Shown: one piece after another, positions 12,401 to 27,510 of the stretch
Layout: every line of letters begins with the position of its first letter
Numbering within the stretch: the stretch's first letter is position 1
Origin: Ophelia neglecta
Taxonomy: Eukaryota
Assembly (NCBI GenBank): GCA_965285935.1
Contig: OZ260664.1
Coordinates: 46,314,001 to 46,378,000 of the forward strand
Direction: 5' to 3'
Length of the DNA stretch: 64,000 nt
Notes under the pieces: model-generated
Databases searched by the model: none
The model's input: the letters and a program-made list of their open reading frames with translations, nothing else
Told to the model about the DNA's origin: nothing
Program-made: the position numbers and the translations under genes

Positions 12401-14353
12401 TCTTAGTAGGAGATTCTTTCATGGAATACCCCACACTCCCAAATAGACTCAAAGAGACCCTGTTGTATCTATGGAGGTGGGAGATGTGGGATGTGCAGAT
12501 GATTAAATACTTAAAGTTTATTGTTTTATCATTCACACCTGCTTAGGGTAGCCATGATAAACATGTAAAGTACTCTTGAACATGGAATTCATTTAAGTGC
12601 AGACACACCATGGAATGTACATTTACATGGGACCTAGCTGATTCAAGCAGTCTGTTTTTTTGTACACTAAAAACTGATCAAAAAAAAGTCCAACTTGTAA
12701 TCCACCATTGAATAAATTAGTACTTAACATTTTTTTTACAATAAAACTGGTCCGAATGTGCTCCATATAGCAAATCATTGATTGGCCAGGAATTGGCTGG
12801 CTGATGTCCAGTAGCGTGGACAAAGCATGTCTAGCTATTGATTGGCCATGTTAGCTTGATGAGGAGAATTATTAATCCATTGGAGAAGTAGATCAGCAGG
12901 TGTGAATATTACAGGGAGCTGTTAAGGATGAGAAGGCAAGTGCCTTGGCTCTGCAGCTAGAAGACATGATTTTTTGTTATGTTCAATAAACAGGTACTAA
13001 ATATGCATTAAAAAATAAATAATCACTGATGTGAGGCAAATAATAGTGAATATATCAGTTCAGACAAACAAACACACACATAAACACAATGAGTACACTT
13101 CTATTGCAAAATTTGGGCTGCTTTAATAAGTTATTAAAATGTGAAGAAAATGCTCACCTCAAAACTTTTAATAATAATTAGAACATGACAGAACATTCTT
13201 TTCTATCATATAGTTCTACAATAAAAAACACACTTCTACCAGAAACAAGATTCACAAATGTATTCCTTGGCTTCAATATTTTAAGAATTAAGATGCAAAA
13301 AAACATCATCCTCCCATCAAGATTCCATGTTGTACAAGTTCCTATAAACCAGATAAGGTCTAAACATATACATAAAGAAGTACATTTAAAACAGTTTAAT
13401 GACAATTTTAACCTTACCAGAATGTCTCTTTAATGTTGGACATTGCAACTTCCTATTATGTACATATGCATGTACATGTAGTTATACAACTAATTACCCT
13501 GCTCACAGTAGCAGTATGTAAGATGGATGTAGGGAGTGCAAGCAATGTAAAGCCACCCAATGGCATGGAAATTTTTTTCTCCTACAAATGTGACCTTGAA
13601 CAGTGGAGATCAAAGTCAAATTCAGGGTTATAAGTTTTACACATGAATACTTACTTGTTGTGAATGCATTCAATTTGTCCATATGGCACCATAAACTAAA
13701 ATAACAATTTTCATATTTTACAGCAAAAAAGAATGTCAGGGTCAAATTCAAGGTCACCTGTCTTTTCATTGTACGGTGTAAACATTGACTCCCTATTAAA
13801 TTGCTGAGCTAGCTTTAGCAAACTGACTTTAATATGAAATAACAAAAACCTGCTTTGTATAGTTCTCGACACAGTACCTTGACAGCCCAATTCACATCCT
13901 TTCAACTCCATAAAATATCTGAACTGTTTAACCTAAACAGCCAAAATATGGGGAAATGATTTGGATGCATGTCACCAACCACTCCCCGTTTGTTACAGCT
14001 CTGACACTTGGTAGAAAATAACTATTAAACTACGAGCTGCCAACACAAACTAGAGCTGACAACATGGAGGTGACAGTGAGGCTGACATCTCACCATTTAA
14101 CATCTCTACAATAAGTGTACTTGAAGAGAAATTAAAATGAAGTCAACCAAGGCTATAGAAAATAAAATTTAACCACCAGTAGATGTTTAAGTTCTTTCGA
14201 AGTTTGCTCTTGAAATATAATTGATTGAGCAAAAATATAATAATAATAAATGTGACATATAATTATCAATTAATTAGGCAAAATTCAGCCTGGCTTCTAC
14301 CACCTCCACTATGACTGGTGACTGCACGCAGCACAACTACTACAGGGCTGGGT

Positions 14354-14403
14354 CAGCAGTTACTATCGGTTACTATAGCAGCAGTTACTATCGGTTACTA
14401 TAG
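14354..14403. repeat. Perfect 25-bp tandem duplication
   Basis: CAGCAGTTACTATCGGTTACTATAG x2. Confidence 0.9.
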
Positions 14404-14743
14404 CGTACTCTAGCTGCTAGTAGACAATGCTTCATCAAAGAGAGATTGTATCATAATCCAGGACACTGGAACCATTAAATGATACAGATTATCATAGCAT
14501 GCGTGACTATTGTTACTTAATATCAGGAAAGCTCCAAAATGGTGTTAACATATTAAATACCATGCGCTCATCTGTTCCAATTTTACCTTTTGTTTGAGGG
14601 ACAATTAACCCTCATTAGTTAGGTAAACATAATTTGAACTGTGGCAGTGACAAGATAATTTCATAGGGTTTACTCAATGTGAGTTGGACATGTACAATTG
14701 CAAAAAGACAAATATTAATGCATGCAATTTAAACTTAATTAAA

Positions 14744-14810
14744 TGGAATTCATCAATGAAAGCATTGCTGAACAAACTGGAATTCTTCACTGAAAGCATT
14801 ACTGAACAAA
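14744..14810. repeat. 34-bp imperfect tandem duplication
   Basis: TGGAATTC.TCA.TGAAAGCATT.CTGAACAAA x2. Confidence 0.8.
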
Positions 14811-17800
14811 GGATGAAACACCCCATTTAGATTAAATGTTTACTACATGTATATGAATTGCTTGTTGAAAGTTAAAAACGTAGGACGTTTTTCATATTTT
14901 GTTGTTACACAATAGTAATTTTTACAGATACATGCATAAATATATTGTTTTGATGTAACATGTTTAAATCCTCATCCCCCTTTTTCAAAATTACATTAGG
15001 TGTTAATTTGTGAGCCAACTCAGGAAAAATCAAAAGTCAGAAAATGATGGCATATTAGTCACATTAAAACAAGCCTGATAGCCTTAAAACTGTGTACTGT
15101 ATACTACCGGTATGCATGGACTTAAGCCTGGGGTTATCATACTTAGAAAATGGATGAAACGATGCATGGCTGCCAGCAATACTGCTGGTAAGGTATTCAA
15201 TTATTAATGAAATAGCAGGTATGCACGTACACAGGATATAGGATTCATTGGAATATCAGTATCTTTCCAATGGTACTTACCTCATGGTATATTGTTAAAG
15301 ATCTCAACAAAAGAAGAAAACAACATTAAATTAACAGACACTCAAGATCAAAGTCATTTTTGTTAAGTATTCCAGCACAATGGCTGTCCAGTTTAAGGAT
15401 TGCTTGTAACCTGGGAGCCACTCACTCCACAGAAAACAATCATCTCATCACGCAAAGAACATTTAGCTTGATAGCTACTAGAGGTAGAGGGTTTCAGACG
15501 TTAGTTATCAGGTTTCAAATAGGTGGCGAACAAGTTTTGTTCTAAATTGGCTACCGACGCCACCTCCTTGCTGGGGTTTGAACAGCAGAAAGTCAATAAT
15601 TCCTAGCTCCACGGGCCATCTACCAGCCATCTATCAATCACTAGCCCATTATTATATTGGCTCTAATAGATTGCCAGGGCCGAAAATTGATAGTGTTTTC
15701 TATACAGAGACAATTCTAGGCTGTCACTGGCTTTCAGATTGATAGGCATGTCAGTGAACTTTAACTTTCAGGGTGTAGCTTCCCCCTAGACCTATGAGGA
15801 CACTGCCAACTTAGTTTTCTATCAGCAGAGAAAAATCTTAAGGTCTTGCAACCATTCTTCGAATTATATGAAAATATGTAGACAAGTATATGTTTTTTAA
15901 AGACTGTATGTCCTGTAGCAACAAAGAAGAAATATATTAGTCATTTACAAATAGTGGGTCTAGCTTTAGCCACTGATAGGCAGTGGGAACTAGCAGGGAC
16001 ATAATAACATACCTGGTATTTACACTTACACTATGGAATTTGGTCAATGTGTAGAAGGGAAATAACAGTATAGGTTCTCTGGTTGTTGATCCTAGGGCTG
16101 GAAACATAATGGACTCAATTTAAAACACTGCTTTGTCACCAGGCGTTGACACCTTTCTTGTCACTGGTTTGTAATTATGGCACATACATCACAAATATGA
16201 TCTGAAGGTCCCCCCGCTGCCTCACACCCAGCAGTGAAGGACCAGAGACAGGTCTGAACACAAATGTTACACAAATGTTGAACATTTTTCATAGAATAAA
16301 TTAATGCAAAACACTAAGAAATTAGGAGTGGTCACCTAAGCTTGTAACCTGTGATGTTGTTATTCAACCATCTGTCACAAAATAAGTGGTCAACTTTAAC
16401 CTGGATGGCATTACTCGCAACATTTTTTTACACAAAATATGTAACAGAGTGATTGTAAACATGTACTAAATTAAAGCTATGCAACATGTTTGATAGACAC
16501 AATATGTGTGATGTGTTCAATTGACACTGACCAATCTTTCAATTTAACAGACGGCAGCCAAATAAGGAGAAATGTATTCACGTATGTTCACATCTGTTCT
16601 GGGGCAATTTTAATAATTTGCTTTGAAAGGTGAAAGTAAGTGGAATGTTTCTTATGGTCTTTTGGCATTTGTCAACACATTTTCAACCCTATAAATATGT
16701 CACATACATGTACATACATTTACATGTATGCATGCCAATCAAATGACACACAACTATCTTAAGAAACAAAAAGGAATCTAATGTATGTGTACATGCACAC
16801 TGTGCATGTCCCTCGATTGTAGTATCCTGATTCCTCAGACCTTTTATTAAGTTCCTAGTATATGGCCATCTTAGATTGGTTTGGTTGTGATAACATTCGG
16901 AGAACCCTCAGTGGCAGAAGAAAATAATAATATCCACATCACTTCACCGTCATTTTTTACAGACCAACACAATTTTAAGCTTAAAAAACGCAAAACGCTA
17001 GACTGTTTGAACTGTAAACATTTTCTTGTGCTAAAATTGTTAAAAGACAAGTCTCAATGCTTCATGATTCTGACTGAATTAATTAAAATAAATAGGATAC
17101 AATCTTGGCCAGGGAGTGTTGGTTTTAATGAGTCAGAGGGAAAAGTAATATTCAATATGACTGCTTAGTGTGGAAATTACTCAGGGGAAATGCAACTTTA
17201 GAGAGATGTGTTATATTTTGTCTATCATTTTCAACATCTGCTTCCCAAGTCAGGTACCCTTGATGAAAATATTGTGAACATCAATGAAATTTATGAATAC
17301 TGGTTGCATGATAATTGTTAATATAGATGACTCACATTGTACAAGTTAGATGAGCATCTCACATGCCAAAAGCAAATACAGGCAACTTACTAACAAAACA
17401 TTCACTAGGCTTGACATATTCAATTCATTCCTGAAATCAGCCAGTAAATCATGAATCATAATAATAAAGCTGAATAAATATATGCGCATAAAAATGTATC
17501 TTTTTTCACTTTTGCAGCTGTCACAAAAATGATTACTAGATGAAATGTAAGCAACAGAACTATAGAACAACAGTTTTTTCTCTACTTTTTACCTTTTTTC
17601 TGAATAATGATGGTTATCTACCAGTTTTACCCTCTACATATATCAGTATACTGGTAGGGCCTGAGCGGCCAGCCCCCTGTGTAATCAGGTTACCCCACAG
17701 CTGCTTCCTAACTTGTACTATTTGTATGTGTCTCCTTCTGCCTTGAACAATGTCACCTTTTCTGCTGTCGGAGCTGTCAGTAGAGGCTTACGGCCCATTT

Positions 17801-20800
17801 TTCCCTAAATTATAGGTTTTCCGCTGTGTTTTTCACCAAGTTTTTGTCCTCTAGCCACAGGTTTCACTGAGATTACACACAGTAACCAGAGGCATAGAAC
17901 TTTTGGTGTTGAATATCACCATACAGGTGAATAAAAATTAGAGTCATTTGGTATCAAACATTCCAATTTAATAAGCCATATTTGGTTCGCTGTAACATTC
18001 AAACGAACACATGTAAATGTATATCAGGGGAAGGCTCATGCTGGTGTTTAAAGCTGGTGGTTTTGTAGTTTGACCACTTAATACAGGCACACTGGGAGAG
18101 CTTCATTTTCACATGCTTTCATTTATTTGCCACACTGCCCCACCATTGAGATTGTTCAAATCTCGACATTGAATTTCATGCTTCTTTCCCTTGCTAAATG
18201 ACAGTTCCCATTGGTGGTGAAAATGAGCATGAATGAGGTTTGATGGAGTATACATCATATTCACAGTTAAGAACCAGTGGTGCAGCACTGTGGCCACATG
18301 AGTTGAAAAGTTCTCCGTAAAAAAACATCAATTAAACCCGTAGAATAAATCTGTATTGTATGAGGTAGGGTCTGTTTAGTAACTTAGGGTATCTCTCCTT
18401 CTTTGCATTTTTGAAGTATGAACAGTGAAATGAACATTACATATTTATCTTTAGGAGATAGGTTGGGATGTTTTGGCATTACATGACTGAGGCAAGTATT
18501 AACGCTTTGAGACCCTCAACATGCCCGAAACCGCTCCAGTGACCCATCTGAAACCCATCTAGTGACCCACCGGCAATAACATAATATATATTTAAGTTTA
18601 TGGCCTCAGTGCATCACTCAATAACCTCAGTCTCAATCCACACACTTGTAAAGTTTACAGCTAATTCAGTATTGAAGAATCAGAGGTACTGAGTTTATCT
18701 AGAAAAATTCTACAATGTGCTGGAGACCCATCGTGCAATGAGTATAAATGTGTTTAAAATACATTTTCTTGGGGCAAATCATGAAAGCCAGCCAAGTACA
18801 TCCACTAGTCATAGTACTGGTATATTTTATACAGTGCATAAAAAACTGGCAAAGAAAAGTATATTACTGATGCATGCAACCATAATTTCACTACATATAA
18901 ATTATAACTGCCTTCTTGTCATGATGTGCTTATAGTACTTTCATTTGCACAAACAAAACCTGCCTTATAAAAATGTCCTGTAGACAAATCCTTTGATTAC
19001 ATACACATATAAACATGTACAATGTGTGCAGGCTACAATAGTCTGTTGAAGTTAATGCAGATGATGTAATTCTAATATTTCACATGAGGGTGTGGATGTT
19101 TTACTCAATTAATATGTATTAATCATAACTCACAGATGATGCACAATACATTTATGTGTCTACCTCCACCATGGAAAATTGTACATCAACTAAAATTAAC
19201 AGTTTCAGACAGACACCAGCTTGTGTGAGCACATTACACATACTTGTACATGGTGTTATACATTTCTTAGCCATGAAGCTGATATATTTGCGAATTTTTG
19301 ATCATATATAAAAAAAATTGTATAATTATATGTTCTTAATGTATATGTACATGTGCCTACTGCATTCCAGTAATGATGAAGCCTAATTAAAATAGATCTT
19401 AAGTGAAATTAATTTCTCATACATACATAATGTTGTGGCAACAGCTGCTTAAGTGATCCTAACTATCTCCATCTGTTATCCATACAAATTGTTATCCTTT
19501 AAGAGTCTAGTCAGCCTAGCTTTAGTAGGCTAATAACAACCAACATTGATGCAATCAAAACTGACAGTGTTTAAAAAACTCCTGTCCTTTTCTTAAGAGC
19601 AGAGACAGGTATAGCTAGTTCTTCTGACTGTGACTGAAAAAGCTGAAAGTATCTCATGCATGGCCTGTGAACAGTGTATACATGTTCACTGGTGATGCCT
19701 TCTGCAGCCAAACTTCATCAGATCAATGACCATGCATGGCTGTCTGCGTCTGCGGCAGAGATATTGCCGATAGCCATCATAAACATCTCCCAGCCTATAA
19801 TTTTCGAGCCCATATGTTACAGTGTAGCACATACTTGAGAATTACGCCCTTGTGCTGATCTACATGCAGCTCTGTTACATGGCCATTAAACATGTAACAT
19901 GTGGCAAAAACAATTATCTAATACAGCTTTAATTCATTGACTTATAACTAGATGTAAGTGGCTTGAGTGGGCACTGGCCACTTCAGATAGCTAGATAACT
20001 ATGATAAATGTCTATCATTTATCATGATCATATGATAAAACGTATTAAGTTAAATACAAAATACGAAGATATATGTGTGAGGATAACCAATTGATGCTTG
20101 GTATATATATATATAAATCACAAGCAGGTATCATGGCTTTTAAAAAGTTCTTTAAACTACACTGAGAAAAAGCTTTTCATTCATAGAGGGCCAACAGACC
20201 GCTGTGAACACAATTCCCCCAGTTTGTTGAGGAACAAGACAGGATTTAAAATGTTAAGCACACATGCTACAACACTTATCCTCCTTTGAAAAGGACAATA
20301 CGACTTTCAATTTCTAGTTGAGAAATCTCCTCCCATGTATTAAGCATTTGTTAAAGACTTCCTGTCCTTAATAATTAATATATGATTCCTTTTTACCAGA
20401 GTGACCATGAATATCAATTAATGGTCAAGAACTTTTAAATATTAAGGTTTCTTAATATGCTTACTGTATGTCCCATGCTTAAGATTCCAAATATGACAAA
20501 GTGTCTGCTTTCCAATCTGTTCAAATGCATTAGATATCCCACCTAGTATAGGTGTTAAACTATATGCTGAAATTATTTGCTTTCTGGCACTTCAAAGAAT
20601 GACTTACCTCACAAACATTGGTTTAAGAGTTAGAGGGATATTGCTAGCTCCTAAGGCAAACAGCAAACGTATCTTTATAATTAAAAGTAATTAGCTTTCC
20701 ATTGATATATGCACTTTTCGTCCATACTGGCAGAAGAGATATGTTGAGGAAAGATTATGTGGGATTTGATTTTGGTATTGAAAGTGAGGATAACCAATTG

Positions 20801-21649
20801 ATGCCTGGTAATTCACCTAATAATTCACTCTCACAGAGTATCAAATCATATCAATCAGCGATTAAAGTAACCAATAAAATTAAAAATTGACAATGGGACA
20901 AGTCAGAGCAAGTCTGCTCCTCCACAGCAAGGAGATCAACAAATATCAACAGTTCCACTGGTGATTAAAGTGACAACCAGGCTCTAAACATCTGAAGAGA
21001 CGGGTTATGAAAACAGGATCACACAAGGGCTAAGTTACAGTACCAGCAGTCAAAAAACCATCTCAGCTATTACATTATTGACAATCCTAACATTGGCTTT
21101 GGAATTGCAGTAAAAACATGTAAATTAAAATACTCAATGATATTTGATATTATGAAAAGTAACTATTTTGGTATGTAAAAACCATCAAGTTGTGTGCCCT
21201 CATTCACCAAGGCTTCCTGCCAAACAACAAGTTGAACTTTTTATGCCTGTCTTCAAACATTCTCGTATTAAGTGGGCTTCTCAAACTTGTGGTAATTGTT
21301 ATTGGTTAGAATTGCAAAGCTTTGCACACTGCCAGAGTAAGGGGGACAACTTAAGGTTTTTTAGTCACAAGTTCAAAATATTTGAATCACATTTTCAAAG
21401 TATGGTTTAGTAAATTATACCAATCTGCAGCACATCTGACACGGTGTGTATGCATGCAATGCCCAGCCAAAGTTCACTGCCTGAACGGTACTTAGCAAGG
21501 CAGATTTATTGAAAAAACAGGGTAATAGTACCATTTAACAATCTGTTAGAAACTACACATAATACGATCTTGTCAAGAAATTTCTTGTATCAGAATAAAA
21601 TAATAACCCCTGACAAATTTAACAAAAAATATAAAACCGACTCACTCAC

Positions 21650-22600
21650 CTTTACTGACGACACAGTCGGGCAGACGGCAGGACCTACGTGTGATCAGAT
21701 GAGGAGTGCAAATCACTGTCAGGACCTGAATTATTACTGACACCCATAATGGTAATCAGTCTGTCTATTGTGTGCAAAAGTCCATTAAGTGTCAATAAAA
21801 GATTAATAAATCACTAGACAGAGCAGTCTGTTCATACCAGAGATCCCACCAGATATGATATGCCCGTGTGCCGGTACTAGACTAATCTCGCTGTAGGCTA
21901 CGGGCTGTGTTGGCTCACCTGGACTCTAAGTGTGGGGCAATCAATGCCTTAGATCTCTATAACAGGCCTCCATCCTAATATCCTGAATATGAGATGTCCA
22001 TAAAAGAAGTGGTCAGTTATCTATCCTCAGGGAAGGATGGTCAGATCCACTGAAAGGACACATGATCCCTGGAAGGCCAAACAGCTTCCCAGAACAGGTA
22101 CCCTCAGGGTGAGCCCAGGGCAATGCCAGAAATCCTCAATCTTGATAATTGTTCTGGCTAATAATGCTGATTGTTGACTTGAAGCAATCGGGACCAGTAG
22201 ATTAACAGACATGTGTCAATTGCTGTGAAAGCCAATATAAATGTTGCAGCACACTGCAAATGAGACTGGTAAATTAGCAGAACTACTTAAGATTTCCCAT
22301 AAGTGTTGTCATATTTCAGGCGCACTTCCTTCTGCCAGTTAGAGCATTGCTAACACCTTCATAGATCACTTGGCGATCTTCACACCGCTGGCAATCTGGC
22401 TGTCAGTGCATGATTGGAGCAGTCACATGGTCTAACGCTGGGCAGCAAGGCTGGGGAGAATACAAGGGTCCGGGCCAGAGTAGTCATCAGACGTCTAACT
22501 AGTCTAATCAACTATGAAGACCTGCAGTCTCCAGGGAACCAGCTCAGTTGATAGTTAACCAACACAAGTCTAGTTGTCACTTCTGTAATAACAACCTGTA
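21650..22600 (-). promoter_or_regulatory. Candidate upstream non-coding exon / promoter region of gene A
   Basis: Consensus donor AAAG|GTGAGT at 21650/21649, at the edge of a locally GC/CpG-richer block; the upstream boundary is a guess. Confidence 0.3.
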
Positions 22601-25600
22601 CGGTGACAGTCAAGACCTGTATTTATCACTGTTTATTTTCACTTATTACCACCTTGTTAAAATATTTAAGATATTCTGGTTACTTTTATCAAGAGCCATC
22701 ACTGAGTAAAAGGATCATATAAGCTACATTACACTATTATTAAGGAGTCAGATTCCATTAAATGACAGACTTTTCATGTAACATTCTTCCAACATGTAGT
22801 TACAAAACAAGTAATCGTTTATTTATAATTATATGGACTAGAAAGCCTGAGTGTCCACATAGACCATTTACATCAGTAGGATAGAAGAAATGGCTGCAAA
22901 GTAACATCAGAATGTCACACTAAGGTCTATCACTATTGCCATATGTGTAATAAAGACCAATTACTTAACATATCATTATCCCTATCGTCAACCGCAAAAC
23001 TAGCTGAGTTACAGCTAGGTTTATGAAGCAGAGAGAAGGACTGTAGACATGCCAGTCTTTCTAGTGGTCAGATTCTTTGTCTGAAGCCTGCAGGTTTGTC
23101 CCATGGAACAAGCATTACACAACCAGTTACAAAATCTTAATGGCAGCTAAAGGCACAAGGCAAAAATAATTAGCTGAAAAATCACTAGTATGCAGCTTGA
23201 TGGGACAGGTTTGTGCAACATCTATGGGACAGGACAAATAGCTTACTCCTTGAATTAGCCTGGGTTAGGACGACGGACCAGGGGCACTGACACCCTGGCT
23301 CTGCTGGCCTGGTGATTCCTTGACCTGCACAGACCGTTGTGTGAGTCCTTTAAGGCATGACTACCTTTGCATCCATCAATGGAATAAAGCAATTGTCTTC
23401 TCAGCTGTTTCTCAGGTAAAGCTCTAGTCAGCTTATAAATTAGTTCTATTTGGAACAATACACCTTGTATGAATAAATCAATCAAAGAGAGCAGAACCAT
23501 ATAATTCCTATTTTACTAATGGCTTCCACTTTGCAATTTCTCAAGAAAACAATTTCCTACACTATAGTGACAATAGAGTTCTCATGCGAGCCAGAGCTTA
23601 TACACCAGTGCATTACGTGACAGATTGTATTAAATATCAAGACTGTGGCAGATAACATAACCACATGTCTCAGGTATTTCTTCTCAAATTTTTAATGGTG
23701 AAACCGGACATACCAGGGTATTACTTGGTATGAAAGGTGTCTGATTTGACCAATTTGATACTGCACATTAATCTTGTCTTGAAAAATTAACAAGTTTACA
23801 GAGATATAATAATGCAAGTTGGAACGAATAAAATACTACAAGGTGTCACCTTTTAATATTTTAAGTAGACAGTGACAGATTAAACGCTGACAGTTTCTTC
23901 TGATTTCCCACCTGTGTCAGATAGGATAGAAGCCAGAGATACTCTGTCTGTTATACAAACAGACCATTTCTTTTAGTCATATATTTATATAATAAGATGT
24001 CTACTTGGCAAAATTCATTCCTACATGTATCTGAAATGCCAAAATTTATTCTTACATGTACATAGAATATTACAAATGTTTAATTCTGCACGTGTACATG
24101 TGCTTACAACTATTTCAGTCTGCATGTATACATGTACATGTCCATGTAATACACATATACCAGTAAATGCACCATATTAACAGCAAATTGAAGAAAAAAA
24201 CTGTACCGGTCAAACCACTAAATACACATATTACCTTACCTACCCTAAATGATTATTGAAGTGACAAAATGAGAAAATTGAAAAGTGATTCTGGTAAATT
24301 TCAGTCAAGTACCTTGCTAATGTGAGGTTTTTAACTCTAATTGTAAGTTCTCCTATTGTGGTAGGAAAGCCTGCTGCTCAATCCTCTTCTTGAGATTAAA
24401 CCCATGAAAAGATGTGTGTATTAAGCATAAATAACTATTATTATTTCTTTTGTTCTGAATTGCATCTTTATGTTAATACCTGAATAGCTTTCCAGTAGCT
24501 CACACTAGGGCCACTGACCTCCCTTCTCCACTCATATTAACACCAGATTTGGGTTAAAAAAAGAAATACTTAACTTTGTACAGAAAATATTGATTGTGTC
24601 AAATTGCTACCGGCTATGACGAACACCTAGTATGTGGTTGTATTTTCAATGGAAATAATCATTTCTTTTATACAGGGAGTATAAAGCACTTGAGGCTTTT
24701 AAAATCTGTTTCAAACCATTTTGTGGCAGGTATTTATTTCCCAAATTTGGACAAATTGTCTTCAAAACAATATTGGTACCACAATGGTCTGGATGGTATA
24801 TTTAACAAGTACATGAATCAATTGTGAAAAGAAAAATTGATATGCATTAAAGTGTACCACTTACTTTTGTGGTTATGGTATTTATACATGTACATGTTTG
24901 TAAGGTATAGGCAGAAATCTTCAGTTTGTCATTCTTTGTTCAAAACATGACAAATTTACCTTGAACAGGGGGAGATAAAGAACAGCCCGGCTGTGATTAA
25001 CAAGGGCCTGCTAAAAGGGGTTTGCACAAAATGCTGTTAAAAGGAACGTGTCCCCACAAAAAAAACTTGTTATTTACACAGTAGTAGAAGGTTCATATGA
25101 TCGGTTGTTAAATAGATAAACATGGTCTCTATCAATCGGAGACTATGAATATTGAATTTCTAAACTCACACAAATTATTCCCTGGCATCAAATAGAACAG
25201 GAAGGCAATTTACAGCTTCAAACCAGTGTACTGCTGCTATACACGGTGGGAAATGTGCACAAAAACATCATATTACTTGTAATAAATATCAGAAAAGAAG
25301 ATAAATGATAATAATACTGCCCAAACACAAGCAGGTATATGTGTCTGAACAAAATAAAAATCAGCATTTTCATATCTATGACCGATTAAACTAGTTACAA
25401 AATGTAAATTAATATGGAGTGGAGTGGATATTAAACGTGTATACTGAACAAGGACATATGTGGGAAAACAAGTCAAACAAACATGTAGGTTTTGTACCTG
25501 GACCAGATTGATAAAACTGATTGACACTTTCAAAGATACAGATAATGTTAGATTTTTTGTAAAAGTTTTTGCACATTTTGACTTTTTCCTGATTTTTATA

Positions 25601-27249
25601 ATACAAAAATGCATGAATATACATGTACATGTACATGGAGGATTAATATCATCTCTAACCAAACAATATCAATGTCTTTTATTTACATGTTCATGCATGT
25701 TAAAGCAGGAATTAAGGGAAAGTTTGTTTCAGATACAAACATAACCTTCTAAAAACATACCAGAAATGTTTGATAAAAGCTAACGAAATGAAAACAGGTA
25801 ATAATGTCACCTAACCAGTGACTTAAGGATTACCCACACAGTGCCTGACACAAAAGTCAGCAAACCAATAATATTTAGGCAAAATAATCAGCTAAGGAAA
25901 TGGATGATTAAGACTGATTTGGTTTCTGCATACAAAAACAGTTTTTCTAATCTGCCTTGTCCAACATTACCAGGTATTATACTGGCCATGTTGGAGCGCT
26001 GATCTGTGATTCTACACTGAAATCCATGGTAGCATAATAATTTGCAAGCACAATTGTTAGTCTTGGCAAACTATTATTCTTTCTTATCTAAGACTATGAA
26101 TGTTAGTCCAACTGCTATTTAATTTAGTAGCAGGTGCTAATTCTATTGCAATTCTCAAGCATGATGTTACATTTGAGAAGCAAATTTCAACATGTTGAAA
26201 GAGTAGGACACAAAGACATGCTTGCCAACTGGTTGGTCCCTCAATTAATTTGTGCATATTTTACTTTAAATAAAGACTGAAAATAAGATTCATTAATAGT
26301 TGCCCATACACCTGTGTCCAAGACCTCATACTAGCAGCCACATGGGCACACCAGGTTTACACAATACAAGTACCTGCCCCAAACAGCTTTAGACTGTAAA
26401 TACCCCGGTACTTGTATAAAAGGAAGCTAAAAAATGACTGCCATAATGCCCTGGGCAGTGTTAAAGCCATGCTTGAATTGAAATACAATCCTTGCATAGG
26501 CATGTCTGGTTTCTCAGGTTTTCAAATTAACTATATGAAAAATAACTAAGATAATATTTGAATTTCACTCCGAGACAAACAAAATAAGTTTCCAGATCTT
26601 TATATCTGACCTATGGTTTCTGATATCTATTTCAAACATTAGATGCTCGAATATTGTATTAAGAAGCATTTAATTTAAACAAAACAGGTATGTGACCTTG
26701 AAAATAAAAGGTGATATCAAACAAGGTAAATACCAGACTCACCAACCCCCTGTGCATTTAGTGGTCACAACATTAATAATGTCATCATCTTGCTCCATCA
26801 TTTAAAATCGGCTCAGTTACCCTTTCAGACCAGTCATCACTAAATTCATGGCTACACCTCCTTCTGTGAAGATTTGGCCAAGGACAACTTTTGCTCTTAA
26901 TATCAAATATGCATTGTTCAGTGGTGTCAACTAATGACTCCTTTTTTTATTCAGTCTCTTATGTCAATTAGTTTCAAACATTCTGGGAATAATTACTCCT
27001 AGGTGTGCTATTCGACAAGTAATGCCTCGTATATGTGTCCTAGATATACCTGTATGTGAAGTTCCAAATGTGACCCAAAATGTAAAACAGCTATCCATAT
27101 CAAGGAGTTTGTTTGATCATTACTATAAAAAAATAACCTAAACACTATTATTTATTTAACTTTAACTAGTAGACCGTACATAGGAGGTATCACCCTGACA
27201 ATGATGTAGCATCCTTCTATTATTGCAGTACTATATTCCAGAGGATATA

Positions 27250-27510
27250 AAATGGTAAAAAGAGGTCAAGGTCAAGCTGAAACTGACCAGTGAATACTTG
27301 TATGTGACTTCATATACAAGGATCTTACATGTACATGTTCTTACATGGGTGTATGATGTGATAAGGCTTGCACCTTCCAGCCAACAGAAAGCATCAAATA
27401 TTTAATTATCCAAAGTTAACCTTGAAAAGAGACAAGGTCAAACAATTTCACTAGTAGATTACCTGCTCATAACTTCCTGTTAGCACCTTAATTGCCTACT
27501 TAGTACTTTG
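27250..27510. repeat. Old interspersed-repeat remnant with ACCTTGAAAA...AAGGTCA units
   Basis: Two related units (AAGGTCAA...ACTTC) about 165 bp apart; similar TGTGACCTTGAA motifs near 13590 and 26692. Confidence 0.4.

Noticed and set aside
15515-15570. CTCF/CSE-like promoter elements as in vertebrate Pcdh clusters
   Set aside because: Only partial AGGTGGC matches, not repeated at equivalent positions upstream of the three genes.
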